NCBI GenBank assembly: GCA_051294375.1 | Contig: CM119263.1 | Span: 10,438,703-10,502,702, forward strand | Direction: 5' to 3' | DNA from: Paraspadella gotoi | Lineage: Eukaryota; Animalia; Chaetognatha | DNA length: 64,000 nt | In this document: in pieces, positions 51,722 to 64,000 of the stretch | Layout: each line of letters begins with the position of its first letter | Numbering within the stretch: the first letter of the stretch is position 1 | Made by a program: the position numbers and the translations under genes | The notes under the pieces: generated by a model | Databases searched by the model: none | What the model saw: the letters and a program-made list of their open reading frames with translations, nothing else | Told to the model about the DNA's origin: nothing

Positions 51722-52143
51722 GTCTCACCAACTCCCGCCCGCCTCATTTCTTCGCCATTACCGTGACGAATTGGCCTTTCATGAACCCAGTCGTTTTCCC
51801 ATTGCTGCCAGTGAGCTTTTCTCACTGGTCCATTCCTTCACAACTCGATACCTTCACATCTCCGAGGCCGACATATCTTTGCTTTGGGCAGAAATTAATT
51901 CGTCGGAGTGAAAGTATAAAACTTTCTATCCGACCCACGCCCGTCACTTTCGTCACTCGTATGAGCGAGGCTGGAATCGAGAACGCCCCTGGTCCGGAGC
52001 GACTAACGACATTCTCGCACCGTCGCGAAACTGCCAAAGCCCAACATTTGCCAAAAGCTTTGGCCTTAATGAAGTGTCCCTACGCGGCGTTCGATATTCC
52101 TCGCCGAATCGAAGAATCTCGGCAGCGGCGTTTTCTCATTTGA
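51722..52143 (+). CDS. Candidate terminal coding exon (~140 aa), unknown product
   Basis: A pyrimidine-rich acceptor TTTTTTTCCCCGCCCCTCCAACCAG precedes a GC-rich, non-repetitive open frame GLTNSRPPHFFAITVTNWPF...RRFLI* with many C/G third positions; no domain recognised and no upstream exon identified. Confidence 0.3.
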
Positions 52144-53257
52144 CGTTGCCGTCCAATGCGGAGACGTCGTCGTCGCCATTGTCGTCGTTGGCATCGTCGT
52201 CGTTAATACTCTGTTGATTAAAATAAGAATAAAAATTAATAGTCTTATTAGAGTATTGATATAATCCTTAATTGCGACTAAGAGTATCGGTCCAAAGCGA
52301 GACAAAATCAAAGAAATAATATGATTAAAAACTCAAGATAAGATCAATTGAAAAAAAAGGTATTAATCTATTATTAATATATGTTTTTTTTCATTCCTAA
52401 AAAGTATGGTATAAAAGTACGGGAATGAGTGTGTATACAGTAAATTTACAACTCGACAGCAGGTCATGGTTCTCTTTTGTAAAAGCGAAAGTATCGTTGT
52501 ATTGAATCAGATTAGATTTCCGTAATAACATATTTTATCTTCCTTGTATATATCCAAGGAGCTTCTCTCGCTCTGAACCAAGTTAATTAACATTCTAAAC
52601 TCATTCTGCGACTCCTTTTCCTTCCCCTCATCGCCACCTTCGTGTTTAGTCTCGCACCCTTGTTATTAATCTACCTTTTTTCACCCGCCGTCTTCTCTCT
52701 TTTCTCGCCTTCCTCTCTTCACTGACAACCTTCGTTAACCACTCTGGTCCACCACGCCTCTTACCATACACCATTCGATAGCTAGCCACGGGCCACCACC
52801 TTTTCAGTCTGACTCTTTACTTCCCCATCTTTCGCTCTTGCGTCCCCGCTGAAACCTCTGGAACCATAAACTACAATTTCCGCCGACATGATATAACAAA
52901 CTGACTTCCAGTGTCAAAAATGGGAAGGGATGGAAGGAGGAGAGAGAGAGAAGAGTAACGAACAGAATGACGAGTCCGACAGAGAGCAGAGAGAGCAATG
53001 TAGACGAGTAGAGAGAGATGAAAGAGAAAAATGAGTACGAGGAGAAGAATGGGTGGGTATCCACACTATTAATATTAGAGTTGGCCTTTTTTCTTCGTAT
53101 CTTCTTTTCTTGATTTCTCCTCTCTCTCTTCTCTCTCATCTTTTATTTACATTCTTGCTCTTCTTCTTCTTCTCTCTCTCTCTCCTCTTTCTTTTTATCT
53201 TCTCGTTACGTTTTCGCTGTTCGTTCTTCTCCGCATACCGCTCTCTTCTCTCTTCTC

Positions 53258-53290
<33 letters not shown>

Positions 53291-53588
53291 TCTCTCCAAA
53301 ATTACTCTCTCGCTGTTATGACTCAACAAAATTTTGTCTCACCCTTTAATATCTTTCTATTGATTAAGAACTTAGAAGAATCAGAGTAAAAAAGAAGCAG
53401 AGAAAGAAGGAGACAAAAAAGAAATAAACAAAGGAGAAAGATCCGGCAGCCAGATATGAGGAGACATATTGAAGAGAGAGATGGAGGCAGAGACATCGAG
53501 GGGAAAGACTGAGACAGAGAGGGAGAGATTAATGGAAAACAAAACGACAAAAAAAGAGAAAGAAACGTTTCAGGTGGCGATTCATTTC

Positions 53589-53624
<36 letters not shown>

Positions 53625-54095
53625 AGAGAGAAGAGAGAGGGCTGTAGTAGGAAAGTATAGAGATGCAGAGAGTGAGAGAGAGAGAGGGGCGAAGAGTCAG
53701 CAAGCACAAAATTAGTAAAAGTTGGAGGGTGGACGCTCGAATTTGTGGTTTTAAGGGTTCATTTTGAGGCTGACGACGACGACGACGAAAAAGTAACAGG
53801 CAAAGAGTGCTAAACTGAACTTGCCACGCATATCTTTTTCACTCTTCTATTCAGTTACCACAACTAAGTGTCGAGTTTAAAACATTAAATTATAATAACA
53901 TTCAAAGAAAAAATCAGAATAAATATTCAAAAAGCTTTTTTCATTTGTTTTCATTATTCAAGTGCAGTGACTACATTTTTCGGCCGATAATATTTTGATA
54001 GAAAAGTAATATTTTGATAGAAAAGTAATTAGATAAGCAATTATGGACGTATGTTTATCTTTCAACGGTCACAATAAAACTTAAAGACCCGATTA

Positions 54096-56420
54096 TCACC
54101 ACAGACCCCACGCCATAGCTTCAACAATTTTCCCGATTTTCTCGGTAAAATTGCTCCAACCACGGAGTTGAATCTGACACAGAATGTCTCGTTTCAAGTC
54201 GCGCATTTCGACGTTCATGCTTATGGGATTCCCTTCCTCGCCCAGAGATAGAGAGCAACGCAGTCTTTCCTTCGCCTTTAATTCAAGGGCTTCCGTAGCT
54301 TTAATTAATGATTCAAAATTAAAGAGAAAAACCAAATCAGTGGTGAAAATGTCGCCGTCAACTCTTGACCAATAGCAGTAGGCGAGGGGTTTGAAATTTT
54401 TTACTTCCCAAGTCGTCAGAATGGGTAGAGTTTGATCTTTCATCGAGGTTTCGTTAGACCAGACGACCTTCACGTATGCCGGTTTCGTGTTGAAGTTGTA
54501 ACTGTGAATCGGAAAGCCTGAGTTAATAATTACGTTCGTACTCATTTATGTATAAAATATTAAAAAACAAAAAAAAAAACAAAAACAAAAACGACCCGTT
54601 CTTCTTTGAAAGGTTCTTGAATATGCAATTTAAAAGCCTGTTACTGAAAAACTCACTCGAAAAATCCTAAGGTGCGCTCCGGGAATTGAGACATCTTGAT
54701 GAAGGTAGCGTAGTCGAAGGTGTCGCTGTCGTGAGGCGACTCTCCCTCCACGATCTCCTCCAACTCTCTCCCGTTGGTCCGGACGAAAACCCTGACCCCG
54801 CCGTCGTCCAAAGGCTTCGTCAAATTTAACCGTTTCAATTTGGTCAAAGAATTATTCAACCAAGAGTTTGCGTTGATGAATTTAAAATGTTCGTTGAACC
54901 AGGCGGACTTCAGTCGATCCTCGAAAGACTCGTAAATTTTGAAATTCGAGACGCGGACGGCACGCGCCTGGCTGCTTCCGTTGTTGATAATTCCGGGAGA
55001 GGTCTTGTACGTCAATAATAATGTCAAGTCCTTCAACGGTTTAATCAACGAAAGGGAATATTTCTTGTCGTTTCTGATAACTGGCCACATTTGAAGTCTT
55101 TTATCAGTTGCTACCAAATCTAAATCCCATTGCGTGACGTTGCGATCGATAACATCAAGGTCAACGCTCATGTCGCAAACTCTCCTTGCTTGATTAAATT
55201 TGAAGCCAAAAAAGGGCGAAAACCGAACCTTAACTTCCTGCCCCCAGTGCTTCCTGTTGTTGGTGACCCAACGAATGGTCAAGCCTTCTTTCGTCGTCAT
55301 TGCGGACGCTGGAACGTCGGAAGACTTCACGCTGAAGGGACTTTCAACTCTTCCGTGTGAAAGTCTATTCTCGAAGTACATCAAAGGATTTAGTAAATTT
55401 TGATTGATCCAAGGATGAGCGAATTTCCCTGCAAATGTGAGAAACATCGGCCTCTTTGAGCAGAATCGAGGGTCGGATGGAAGCAACGAGGCTTCGGATC
55501 GGCGGAGAATTCTGTGTGTCTCATCCAGAACCATTTCTTCGAGGCTCATTACTCGAGAGGCGTCTTCTGTCGGCGATCGGAGTTTGTCTGGGTCGATGGG
55601 GAGGGATTTTTACCGATCGTTTCCTTCATTAGTCATGAATGAAGTAAAAACCGCCTACCTGCACCTTTCCAACGGGTGGACGCCGTACACGCCTCGACCG
55701 CCTTCATCTCCGCATCCTTTATACGCGCAGCTGTCGTCTCATTCTTAATGGCCGACTGGACCTCCACCCCGCCACCGGCGTCGACGACGGTGACGCCGTG
55801 GAAGGAGCAGAAGTCCAAGTCGTCCGTTATCCACCAGCGACTCCTAGTGGCGAAGGAATCGAGGCGATTCTCTTTCTCGAGCGTTTCGTCGGCGAAATCC
55901 TCGTGAAGCCGTCGATCGACGCTGCGACGGAGGGCGAGCCCTTCGAGTCGATCGGCGATGGATCCTGTCCCGCGGGCGACAAAGGCCAAACCTTTTGTCC
56001 AAGAGGCGACGACCGCTTGGACGTCGGGATGAAGGGGCGGAGATAGAACTGGGTGGTAATAGAAGGAACGAATCTTTCTTTTTTCAATATTATTATCATA
56101 CATACTAACCAATTTCGTATTAACTAAAAATTTTAAAAACAATAAAACCAATGCCTACCCAAAACCCATCGTTCCTTCGCTTTCGTCAAGACGTCGACAG
56201 TGAAACCAAAGACTACGAAAGAAGCCGCGAAGATAGCCAACAGCAACCTAATTCGACGCCGCAGGCGCGGTAGGTCAAAAGCCTGCCGTGTTAACCGTCG
56301 CTGCAGGCGGCGCCGCTGCTGAGAAAGGGTCATCGAGGCAAAGGGTCGATCTCGCCGCCGGCGTCTTTCGTGTTGGATAGAAACTGTGGGCGTGGCCGCA
56401 TTGTTGAAAACGACGTCCAT
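54096..56420 (-). CDS. Four-exon gene encoding a ~675-aa type II single-pass membrane glycoprotein, no recognised family
   Basis: Exons 56420-56159, 56048-55659, 55587-54657 and 54540-54096 are joined by GT-AG introns of 110, 71 and 116 nt (donors GTAGGC, GTAGGC, GTGAGT; acceptors CCCAG, CCCAG, TGAG) whose phases (1,1,2) all keep one open frame of 2028 nt. Arg-rich N-tail, hydrophobic LLLAIFAASFVVFGFTVDVL, then at least 7 N-X-S/T sequons (NET, NVT, NGS, NNS, NLT, NET, NFT). Confidence 0.8.
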
Positions 56421-56447
56421 ACTGATTTGAAAAGTTTGTCTTATATA
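56421..56447 (-). promoter_or_regulatory. Possible TATA + TCAGT initiator core promoter (or upstream splice acceptor)
   Basis: Minus strand TATATAA-15 nt-TCAGT-ATG; spacing is ~24 nt, slightly short, and TTTTCAAATCAG could instead be a 3' splice site. Confidence 0.3.
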
Positions 56448-56867
56448 TTTCGCTTTAATCGAGATAACTCTAAAAAATAGATGCCGTTCTTGCCTCGAGC
56501 ATGCACGGGTTAAATTAAAATACTTTTGAGGGGTAAATAATGTTTTATAGCATTAATAGTACTCTATTTTTTGTCGAGGCGTTTCTATGAAGAAATGTAT
56601 AGGGGAAAAACTCAGTGATCACTTTGAACGAAAAATAAATCTTCCTTTTTGCCACAGAGTACTTAATTTCTTTTTCAAATATATAATATAAATATATCTT
56701 TTTCAAATATATACTAATATAAATAACTTATTTATCCCTGTACTTGTTCTAAATCCTCTTGAAGGATTTTTCGAGCTGTTACACATGAATCAACCGTCTT
56801 AAATTATTTTTTCCTCCAATGATCTTCCCTCTGAAAAATGTTCATTATTCAGGAATTCACTATTCTA

Positions 56868-57066
56868 TTTTTAGTTGCGCCGCGAGTACTCGCGGAGCAA
56901 CTCTATAAGCCACTTTTCGGTCGGTCGGTCCGTCGGTCGGTCCGTTGGTATATCTGTCTGTCGGTCTGTCCCACTTACGTTAAAAACGCTTATAACTCGC
57001 CTATAGATTGTTGCTCATTTGCTAAAAATCAAATCTAAGCGACTACTGGCGCCGCCTTTTGTTTTT
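56868..57066 (+). mobile_element. ~200-bp non-autonomous HINE/DINE-1-like (Helentron-associated) element, copy 1
   Basis: 5' T-run, hairpin AGTTGCGCCGCGAGTACTCGCGGAGCAACT, (GTCG/GTCC/GTCT)n microsatellite and 3' GCGACT..GGCGCCGCC-TTTTGTTTTT; a diverged inverted copy lies at 61567-61770. Confidence 0.75.
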
Positions 57067-58790
57067 AATGATAAGAAAAAAGAAAAGCAATGCGGCGCAA
57101 CACCTTGGAATAACCGTTCCTTGTTTCTTTATTTAGCTTTGAATCTCTCGCCTTTGTCAAAATTCAGCTTGGCTGAAAGGTGAAATCTTACTAAATTTTC
57201 CTTGATTTAATTCCATTACTCAATTTTCAAAATTGTTTTAATTACGTTCACGTGCTTTTGTCTTTATTTTATTTTGAGGTTGGCTAGTCTTTGAGTTTTT
57301 AACTTATTTCATTCCTTTTTATCTAAGCTTGGCTCGCCTATGCTTTGTTCACTTGTTTTTTTCCCGTTTCTCTTTTCGCTTCGGCTTTTTTCCGGCTTCG
57401 GCTTTGATTCAACTCGGGGTCACGGATCAGTTGCGTCGGTTACAAATGATTGTCCCTTCAGGAACGGATCCTTTGTCGCCACCTGCGCCTTTTTGCGGTT
57501 CCGCCCCCGCCTCTCACGACCACCCGGGGCCCGCCCAAGCGGCCGAGGCGGCGAAAACGGGGTTCAGCGAAAACGAGGCGGGAAGAAAGAGGAAAGAAGA
57601 CTCTTGAAATAAACAACTACGAGTGATACCAGACTTGGCACAGGAGTTTCGACAAGATTTTACCCTGTTTCCCAATCGCAAGTCTTTCGCCCCCATCCCC
57701 CAGATTACACCAGTGACTCTCTCCTTTCAGCAAACCAGCCCCCCGGTCTTTCAATCCTCTTTGATGACCGGGCCATGAGAAAATACCCCAGGCGGGATTC
57801 CTTTTCTCTCTCTCTCTCTTTGTTTTTTTTTTCTCCTTTCTTTCTCTATTTCTCGTCCATTACTCTCGCCCGATTCAATTGGCCAAAGTTATACCTCGGG
57901 TCAATTGCCCATTCTCTTTGTTAACGTCTTTACATTCTTCTCTTTTCCTTTTTTTTCTCTCTTTGTTTTTCTATCCTTTTTTTACTTCGCGACTTCGCAA
58001 TATAATTTTTTTCCTTCTCTTCCTAGCAGCACTTGCTTTGTCCTCTTCTTTCGTCTTTAAGGTTTGTAACAGTGAATAATGACTCGAAAGAAACTATTTA
58101 GAACAGTTACAAGTATATTCAAGGTAAAGTGCCGTGACTTACCTTTCCCATTAAGGTGCAAGAACCCGCTGTGAAACAGATGACCATTTACCATTTACTT
58201 GTATCACCGAGACAAATTTTTAGAAAAATAAAACGCGGCATTTTAAATCGGCCAGTATTATGTGGCAGACTTCGAGAAGAGAGAGAATGAAAACCGAGAG
58301 AGGAAAAAAATATATAATGAGGGAACGAAATTAAAAAGTGCCAGAGAAAAATAGGAGGGAACGCTGGAGCAAAAATCGTAGTCAAGGAGAACAAGACTTG
58401 TTGCGAGAGAATCAGAAAAATGAAGAGATAGCAGGAGCAACATTAAAGGCGGCGGCATCCTAAGACAAAGAGCATATGAGTAGGAGGCTATATTATGAGT
58501 AATGAAAGGGAGATGAGGTTTAAAAAAGAATGAAACTCAGAATTATATTGGAGAAGTGAAACTTTCACTGAAAAAGAGAAAAAAAGGTAGGGGGAGAGAC
58601 GAGACGTGGTGCAAAATAGGAATTGAGCGAAGTAGTATATGTAAAGTTAGTGACACAAGATCGGAAAAAAAAAAGAAAAAAAAAGGAAAAGAAAAAGAAA
58701 AGAAAAAGAAAAAGGGCAGAAGAGCCAAACTTCTCCAAGAACCGAATTCCGGAGTCGTGAGAAAATGGTAATGATCCGGTTAAGTTGAGA

Positions 58791-58821
<31 letters not shown>

Positions 58822-59921
58822 CGTGTCGGCAAAAAAATTGAGTAATGGTCTAAAATCGAGCTAAAAGGGAAGAAAATTAAGAGTTTGAATAGAGATCACC
58901 TTGGTATCCTAAAAGAGGCAAGGTTTTACAGGTATTAAGTAGCTATGTAACAAAAAAGTCTTTAATAAGAGAGTGGTTTAACTACCATCAACATAGTCAT
59001 AGAAATTATCACATCGATTTCCAACCACGCAGATAGACAGACAGATAGCCAGCCAGAGAGACAGAAAGACTGCTAGAAACACAAGAGACCACGACAAACA
59101 GACAGTCTGACAGAGAGACGAAAGACAGACAAACATTAATAAAATAGTCTGGCATGGATGAGTAGGAATACGACGTTCTTTGGCTGATTACATTCTCGTC
59201 TCACAAGGCGTCAACGCAGAGTGCGGCTTTGCAAAGCCGCAGCAGCGGCGGCGGCGCTGGGGAAAACCCCTCCCGACATCTGTCGTCGGAGCGGGGAAAC
59301 CGTTTTTGTCGTTAGCGACGTTGAGAACAAAGGACTAACGCTAGTCGGTCGCCAGGGAGAGAGAGGGATGATGGAATAAGAAAGAGAAAGCCTCAAGAAA
59401 GTTGATTAAAGGGAGCGGTTACTTTTGTTTGTACTAACTTTGTACCTACCTACAAGCGTATTTAAAAATTGTGGGGAATCAGGGTAAGGAAGTAATATTA
59501 TTGCGTTGGAATTCTTTTAGTTATTAGCCATCTAATGACGTCTTGAAGTAATAAATGAAGAAAGAAATATCTGACCATTGCAAAATTATTCAATTTTTTA
59601 ACTAATTTCATTAATTTATTGAAGGGAAAATGTAAGATGGAAATGAGAGCAACGAGGAAAGATAAAGGGATAAGTTACTGAGACAGTAAGACACGACTTA
59701 GACGGGGGAAAGTAAAGCAGGAAACCATGTATTATATGGCATTTATTGGACGAGAGAGTGAGCGTGAAAAAAATGGCGCTGATTGGCAGTGCGCGTAAAA
59801 AAGGGGGGAGGGGCGCGGCTGCCAAAGAAAAAGGTGACGACCAACCCACATTCGGATCTCGTCGTAATTTAGGCCAATGGGGCGTAAAAGTTGCTCAAGG
59901 TGCGAGGAAATACCTGGGCGC

Positions 59922-60033
<112 letters not shown>

Positions 60034-61566
60034 CAGGAAGAGAGAGAGTGAGGGGGGCGAGAGGTAGAGAGAGAAGGAGACGCAGAAAGAGAGGCTAGAA
60101 CTTTACGGGGTAAAGAAAAAGGTCAAGGAAATCGCCTTGGTGCCAGGAATGTTGTAAAATTATTGTAGAGTTCTGTAGCCACTGAAAAAACAGGGGGGCG
60201 TGCCGCACGAGAAACCAGGGTGTGGCGCAGTAGGTGAGCCGGAATTCCGCAATTTGGAGGCCATTGAGGAAAATTGAAAATGGAGGCGCGAGAAAACGAG
60301 GAAAGGAAATGATCCATAGGGGACGAGGAGACGAGGAGGAAAAGAAGAGTTGGGGGTTGAAGGTGCACGTCTTGGTGGATAGAGACTCTGCAATAGTCTG
60401 CATAGTATGCATAGTATGCATAGTATGCATAGCGTTTTACTTATGGTTGCTCTTTGGTTGCACAATACATCGCGGAAATGGTAAAAGGAGGTAATTTTAA
60501 AACTCGTTGAGGAAAATCGCGTGAAACGAGTTAACACTAAGTCAAACAACCGAAAGCATCATTAGTCTGAACAAATATTCAGTTATTTTGCGATTGTTTA
60601 CCAAAAAAAAAAAGGGCTGTACTTTGAGACAGAAGAGATACAGGATAATTCGTCCGAATAGATTAACTTTTAAAGCAGAGTTGTCCGTAGGAAAACCAGA
60701 GAAACTTTGGCTCGAGCTTTTAGCGAAAATCAGTATTGAGACGAGAAGAAAAAAATCGTGGCCTCAGGAGAAAAGGGAGTCACCGAGCGACGACTGGCGC
60801 CCGTTGCGGGAAACGCTTTGCACGGTTGGCGCGAGAAGATTTGGACGGGCTGGGGTTGGAAAAGATCGAGTCTGTGGAAAGAGGAGAAGAGAGAGTGAAG
60901 AGAGACAGAGAGACTTCCGGAAACGATCCCCGTGTTTGACCAATGCAAAAATGATCTAAAGTTTAATTCGTAGGATACATAATGTACGTTAAAAGGTTTT
61001 AGGCAGCAGTCATTCGTCGATCCGTGACCCGCCTGTTGGTTGCTAGACAATTCTGAATTTAGGAACCAGATTAGAGGAGAAGAACCGTGGCTGTGAAAAA
61101 GAGAAGGGAAAAAAAATCTAAGAATTGACTATGAAAGAGAAAAAGCGACAAAGAAGGCGAAGAAGCGGAGATACAAAGATCAGTTGGCGTCGACGAAGAC
61201 CAAAGCGAAAACACGCGCTTTCACTTTTGAAGGAAAAAGGGAGGAAAGGAGAAAGAGTTGTGGTAAAAATAAAGAGGAATTGAAAAAGAGGGAAAGGAGA
61301 AAGAAACGAGGAAAGAGTGTAAGAAAGAATGAAAGAAAATAGGAGGGAAAAAGAAAGTGAAAAAAGAGTAAAACAAGAACGGTAATTCAAATCTGTTGCG
61401 TCGCAGTGACTGCCTTATCACGTGTATTTCTCGTGACATTACATGACATGACATGACGTGACGTAACATGACTACGTGACTACAATAACTTTCTTAACCC
61501 GTGTATTTTTGACATGCACTGCATCAAAATTCCGTTTTTTATTCTATTTTATTTTTAGAATTTCCT

Positions 61567-61770
61567 GAAGGCGGTGCTTGCAGTCACTTAGATTTGAGAT
61601 TTTTTTCTGTCTCAACAAAAGAGCACCCAACTGTAAGGAAATTATATGTATTTTTAACGTAAGTGGGACAGACTGACGGACACGCATACCAACCGACGGA
61701 CCGACGGACCGACGGACCTAAAAGTGACTTATAGACTTGCTCCGCGAGTACTCGCGGCGCAACTAAAAAA
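61567..61770 (-). mobile_element. HINE/DINE-1-like element, copy 2 (inverted)
   Basis: The reverse complement shares TTTTTAGTTGCGCCGCGAGTACTCGCGGAGCAA.TCTATAAG, the (GGTCCGTC) repeats, GTCCCACTTACGTTAAAAA and CAAATCTAAG.GACT with copy 1. Confidence 0.75.
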
Positions 61771-61842
61771 GAGAGAGCAAATCGGAAAAGAAGTTGAAAA
61801 GGAGAAAAGTTAATTTAAGGAGTTGGCGGGTGAAAGTCATTT

Positions 61843-61917
<75 letters not shown>

Positions 61918-62332
61918 TTTTAGGTTGGTGATGGGTTTTGCTTTAACTAGAATCGAAGTCAACCAACTCCCGGTTTTTTCGAGCTTGAAAATGGTTGTTC
62001 AATTCTCTTTTCTTCAGTTCTACTTCGCTTCCTTTTTCCCTTTGATTTAAGGCAAAGATTTACGTTTATTAAAAATGTACTTGATCACATTTAGAACATG
62101 AAAAATTTACATTCCCGAACAAGACTAAGTAACGACTCAATTAATCCTTTAATATTCGAGAGGTTTTAAAGGAATTAATTTTAATTTTTTTTGCCGTCTC
62201 TGTCATCAGCCGTGTGTGATCTTTTCTGCTACATCTGCCTTTCTCTCTCTCTCCTTTCTTTACAATTGAGAAGAATCGAGATAGTTAATGTCAAGTTCAT
62301 GAATATTCAAATTTCGCGCTCATAAATTTCGT

Positions 62333-62414
<82 letters not shown>

Positions 62415-62916
62415 CCCTTCTCCTCCACCGGATTCTCGCTCCATCTCTTATATTTTTCGCCGACAAGAACGAAGAATTTACTATTAAAGAATAACAAAAG
62501 ATTATAAAGAAGAATAGATAATTTAAATAAAAAAGAGAAAGAAAAACAATAGAAAGAAAACTTTATTTTATAGCAATTATTAATTATGTTAATTATTTTT
62601 ATGTCAAAGAAATAGCTACCCGCAATCTATAAATTGAAATCGCCTTTCTCTCAGCTTTTTCGTGTTCCCTTAAAAAAAAACGTTATCTGTCATAAAAAAT
62701 ACAAATGTACAAATTCAAGCATTGTTATTTTCTGAAAGAGAAAACTTCTGTTCTTAAAGAAGTTATAGGGATATTGAAAAAATTAATAAATCAAAATATT
62801 AAGAGATTTTAAAAATGGAACCTAAGCATTTTTTTCTATCCGTAGTTCCGTCTGCTTGAAGCATTTCTCTCTCCATCTTTTGTGTCTTAGTGTCACTTTT
62901 TACTTTCGAATTCAAC

Positions 62917-62970
<54 letters not shown>

Positions 62971-63141
62971 CCTCTCACTCACTCTCGCTCTGACTAAAAA
63001 AGGAGCCTTCCCTCAATTGTTCCGCCTAATGGTTCTTGTAAACTGCTGCCGGCGTCGTTAAGGCATTGAAATAAAACTCTTTTCTCGAGTCGATGAAACG
63101 GTTGCTAAGGAAGTCGAAGAGTCATTGCTACGATTTCTAAG

Positions 63142-63398
63142 GAAGTTGGCGTCTCGTTGCTTGGTGGTGCGTTCCTCACAGTAAATGCCGCCAGATAAGT
63201 ATGATTTTTTGATTAGTCTATGATAATTTCTTTTAAGAATAAATTGAACTTACAGTAAAAAATGTTTATTATGAACTTCGTTTAATATGGGTAAAACCAA
63301 AAAAAAATGTGATTGCTCAGCAAGATATTGTTCTCGAAACATTACGTCCGCTTCAAGGCCCAACCCAGGATTATACTCTGATTCCATTACAATTATAG
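63142..63398 (+). CDS. Possible two-exon 3' end of an unknown gene
   Basis: SWRLVAWWCVPHSKCRQI spliced via a 57-nt GTATGA..TTACAG intron (63199-63255, phase 1) to IKNVYYELRLIWVKPKKNVIAQQDIVLETLRPLQGPTQDYTLIPLQL*; upstream connection not found. Confidence 0.25.
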
Positions 63399-63553
63399 CT
63401 TTGATGGTCTTTTGCTGATGAAACAGAACATAATTTAAAAAAACAACAAAAAAAACAAATGGTGTACGAGAACGAAGCTCGGTCCCGAAAACCCGACCCA
63501 CCCAAAAAAAAGAACAAACTGTTGGTTGTTTACGAGTGAATTCGTTTTTCAAA

Positions 63554-64000
63554 ATGGCGGCGTTAACAGGGGGAGCGGCGGGGTCGACCAAATCGACATC
63601 ATCAATGATATCGGTAGTGGTTTCGATTTCAACTTTTCTTTTATTCTTTTATTCTTTCATAATTACTAAATTGAAAGAGGTAAAGTATGTACTTTTCCGT
63701 CTAGTTTTTATATTTTACATATTTTCTATTTACATTGACTCTGGGTAAAGAATCGGAACCTATTTTTCTAGAATTTTTGAATTAGATATGGCGAGCGAGT
63801 GAGTCGCAGCCGCGGCCTTTGCTGCCACTGAAAAAGCTGCGCCTGGTAGATCCGCGGGTTTCTCCCTTTCGATCCGCGCAAGACGGCGGGACGGAGTTGA
63901 AAAGGTTTTACGTTAAAAGCGTCGGCGATGACGTCAGCAGTTTCTATTTGAATAGCGTCGCCTCCGCTACCACCGACTCTGCCGCCGACTCTGCCGCCGA
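63554..64000 (+). CDS. 5' end of a gene with an N-terminal hydrophobic signal anchor (runs off the window)
   Basis: Start context CAAAATGG; exon 1 63554-63679 MAALTGGAAGSTKSTSSMISVVVSISTFLLFFYSFIITKLKE, donor GAG|GTAAAG, 106-nt AT-rich intron, acceptor TTAG (63785), then in-phase exon 2 IWRASESQPRPLLPLKKLRLVDPRVSPFRSAQDGGTELKRFYVKSVGDD... open to 64000. Confidence 0.55.

Noticed and set aside
54096-56420. Endogenous virus or Polinton-like cluster of intronless ORFs
   Set aside because: The ORFs join in frame through canonical spliceosomal introns, and no viral hallmark protein or TIR was recognised.
63250-63591. 113-aa minus-strand ORF
   Set aside because: Crosses T-rich non-coding-looking sequence and overlaps better-supported plus-strand exon candidates.

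Overview
AT-rich, microsatellite-dense eukaryotic (probably invertebrate animal) draft scaffold with about 18 N-gaps; not prokaryotic, and almost all tracked ORFs are simple-repeat or gap artefacts. Roughly a third of the window is redundant, indel-ridden copies of neighbouring sequence that look like unpolished long reads used for gap filling (9658-11778, 31191-45313, inverted pieces at 22820-23200 and 25420-26496), each block next to a gap of exactly 25 N. Biology that can be read directly: (1) a frameshift-riddled inhibitor-of-apoptosis (IAP) gene with three BIR domains at ~16.1-17.4 kb (+); (2) a clean four-exon ~675-aa type II membrane glycoprotein gene with no family I can recognise at 54096-56420 (-), which the ORF track splits into four ORFs; (3) a ~3.3-kb TTAA-flanked Kolobok-like DNA transposon with transposase motif remnants (40430-43732), present in only one of the two copies of its locus; (4) a ~200-bp HINE/DINE-like element family, a core-repeat element, tRNA-derived SINE heads and a 123-bp hairpin; (5) the probable 5' end of another signal-anchor gene at 63554-64000 (+). 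No rRNA, intact tRNA or CRISPR array was found.
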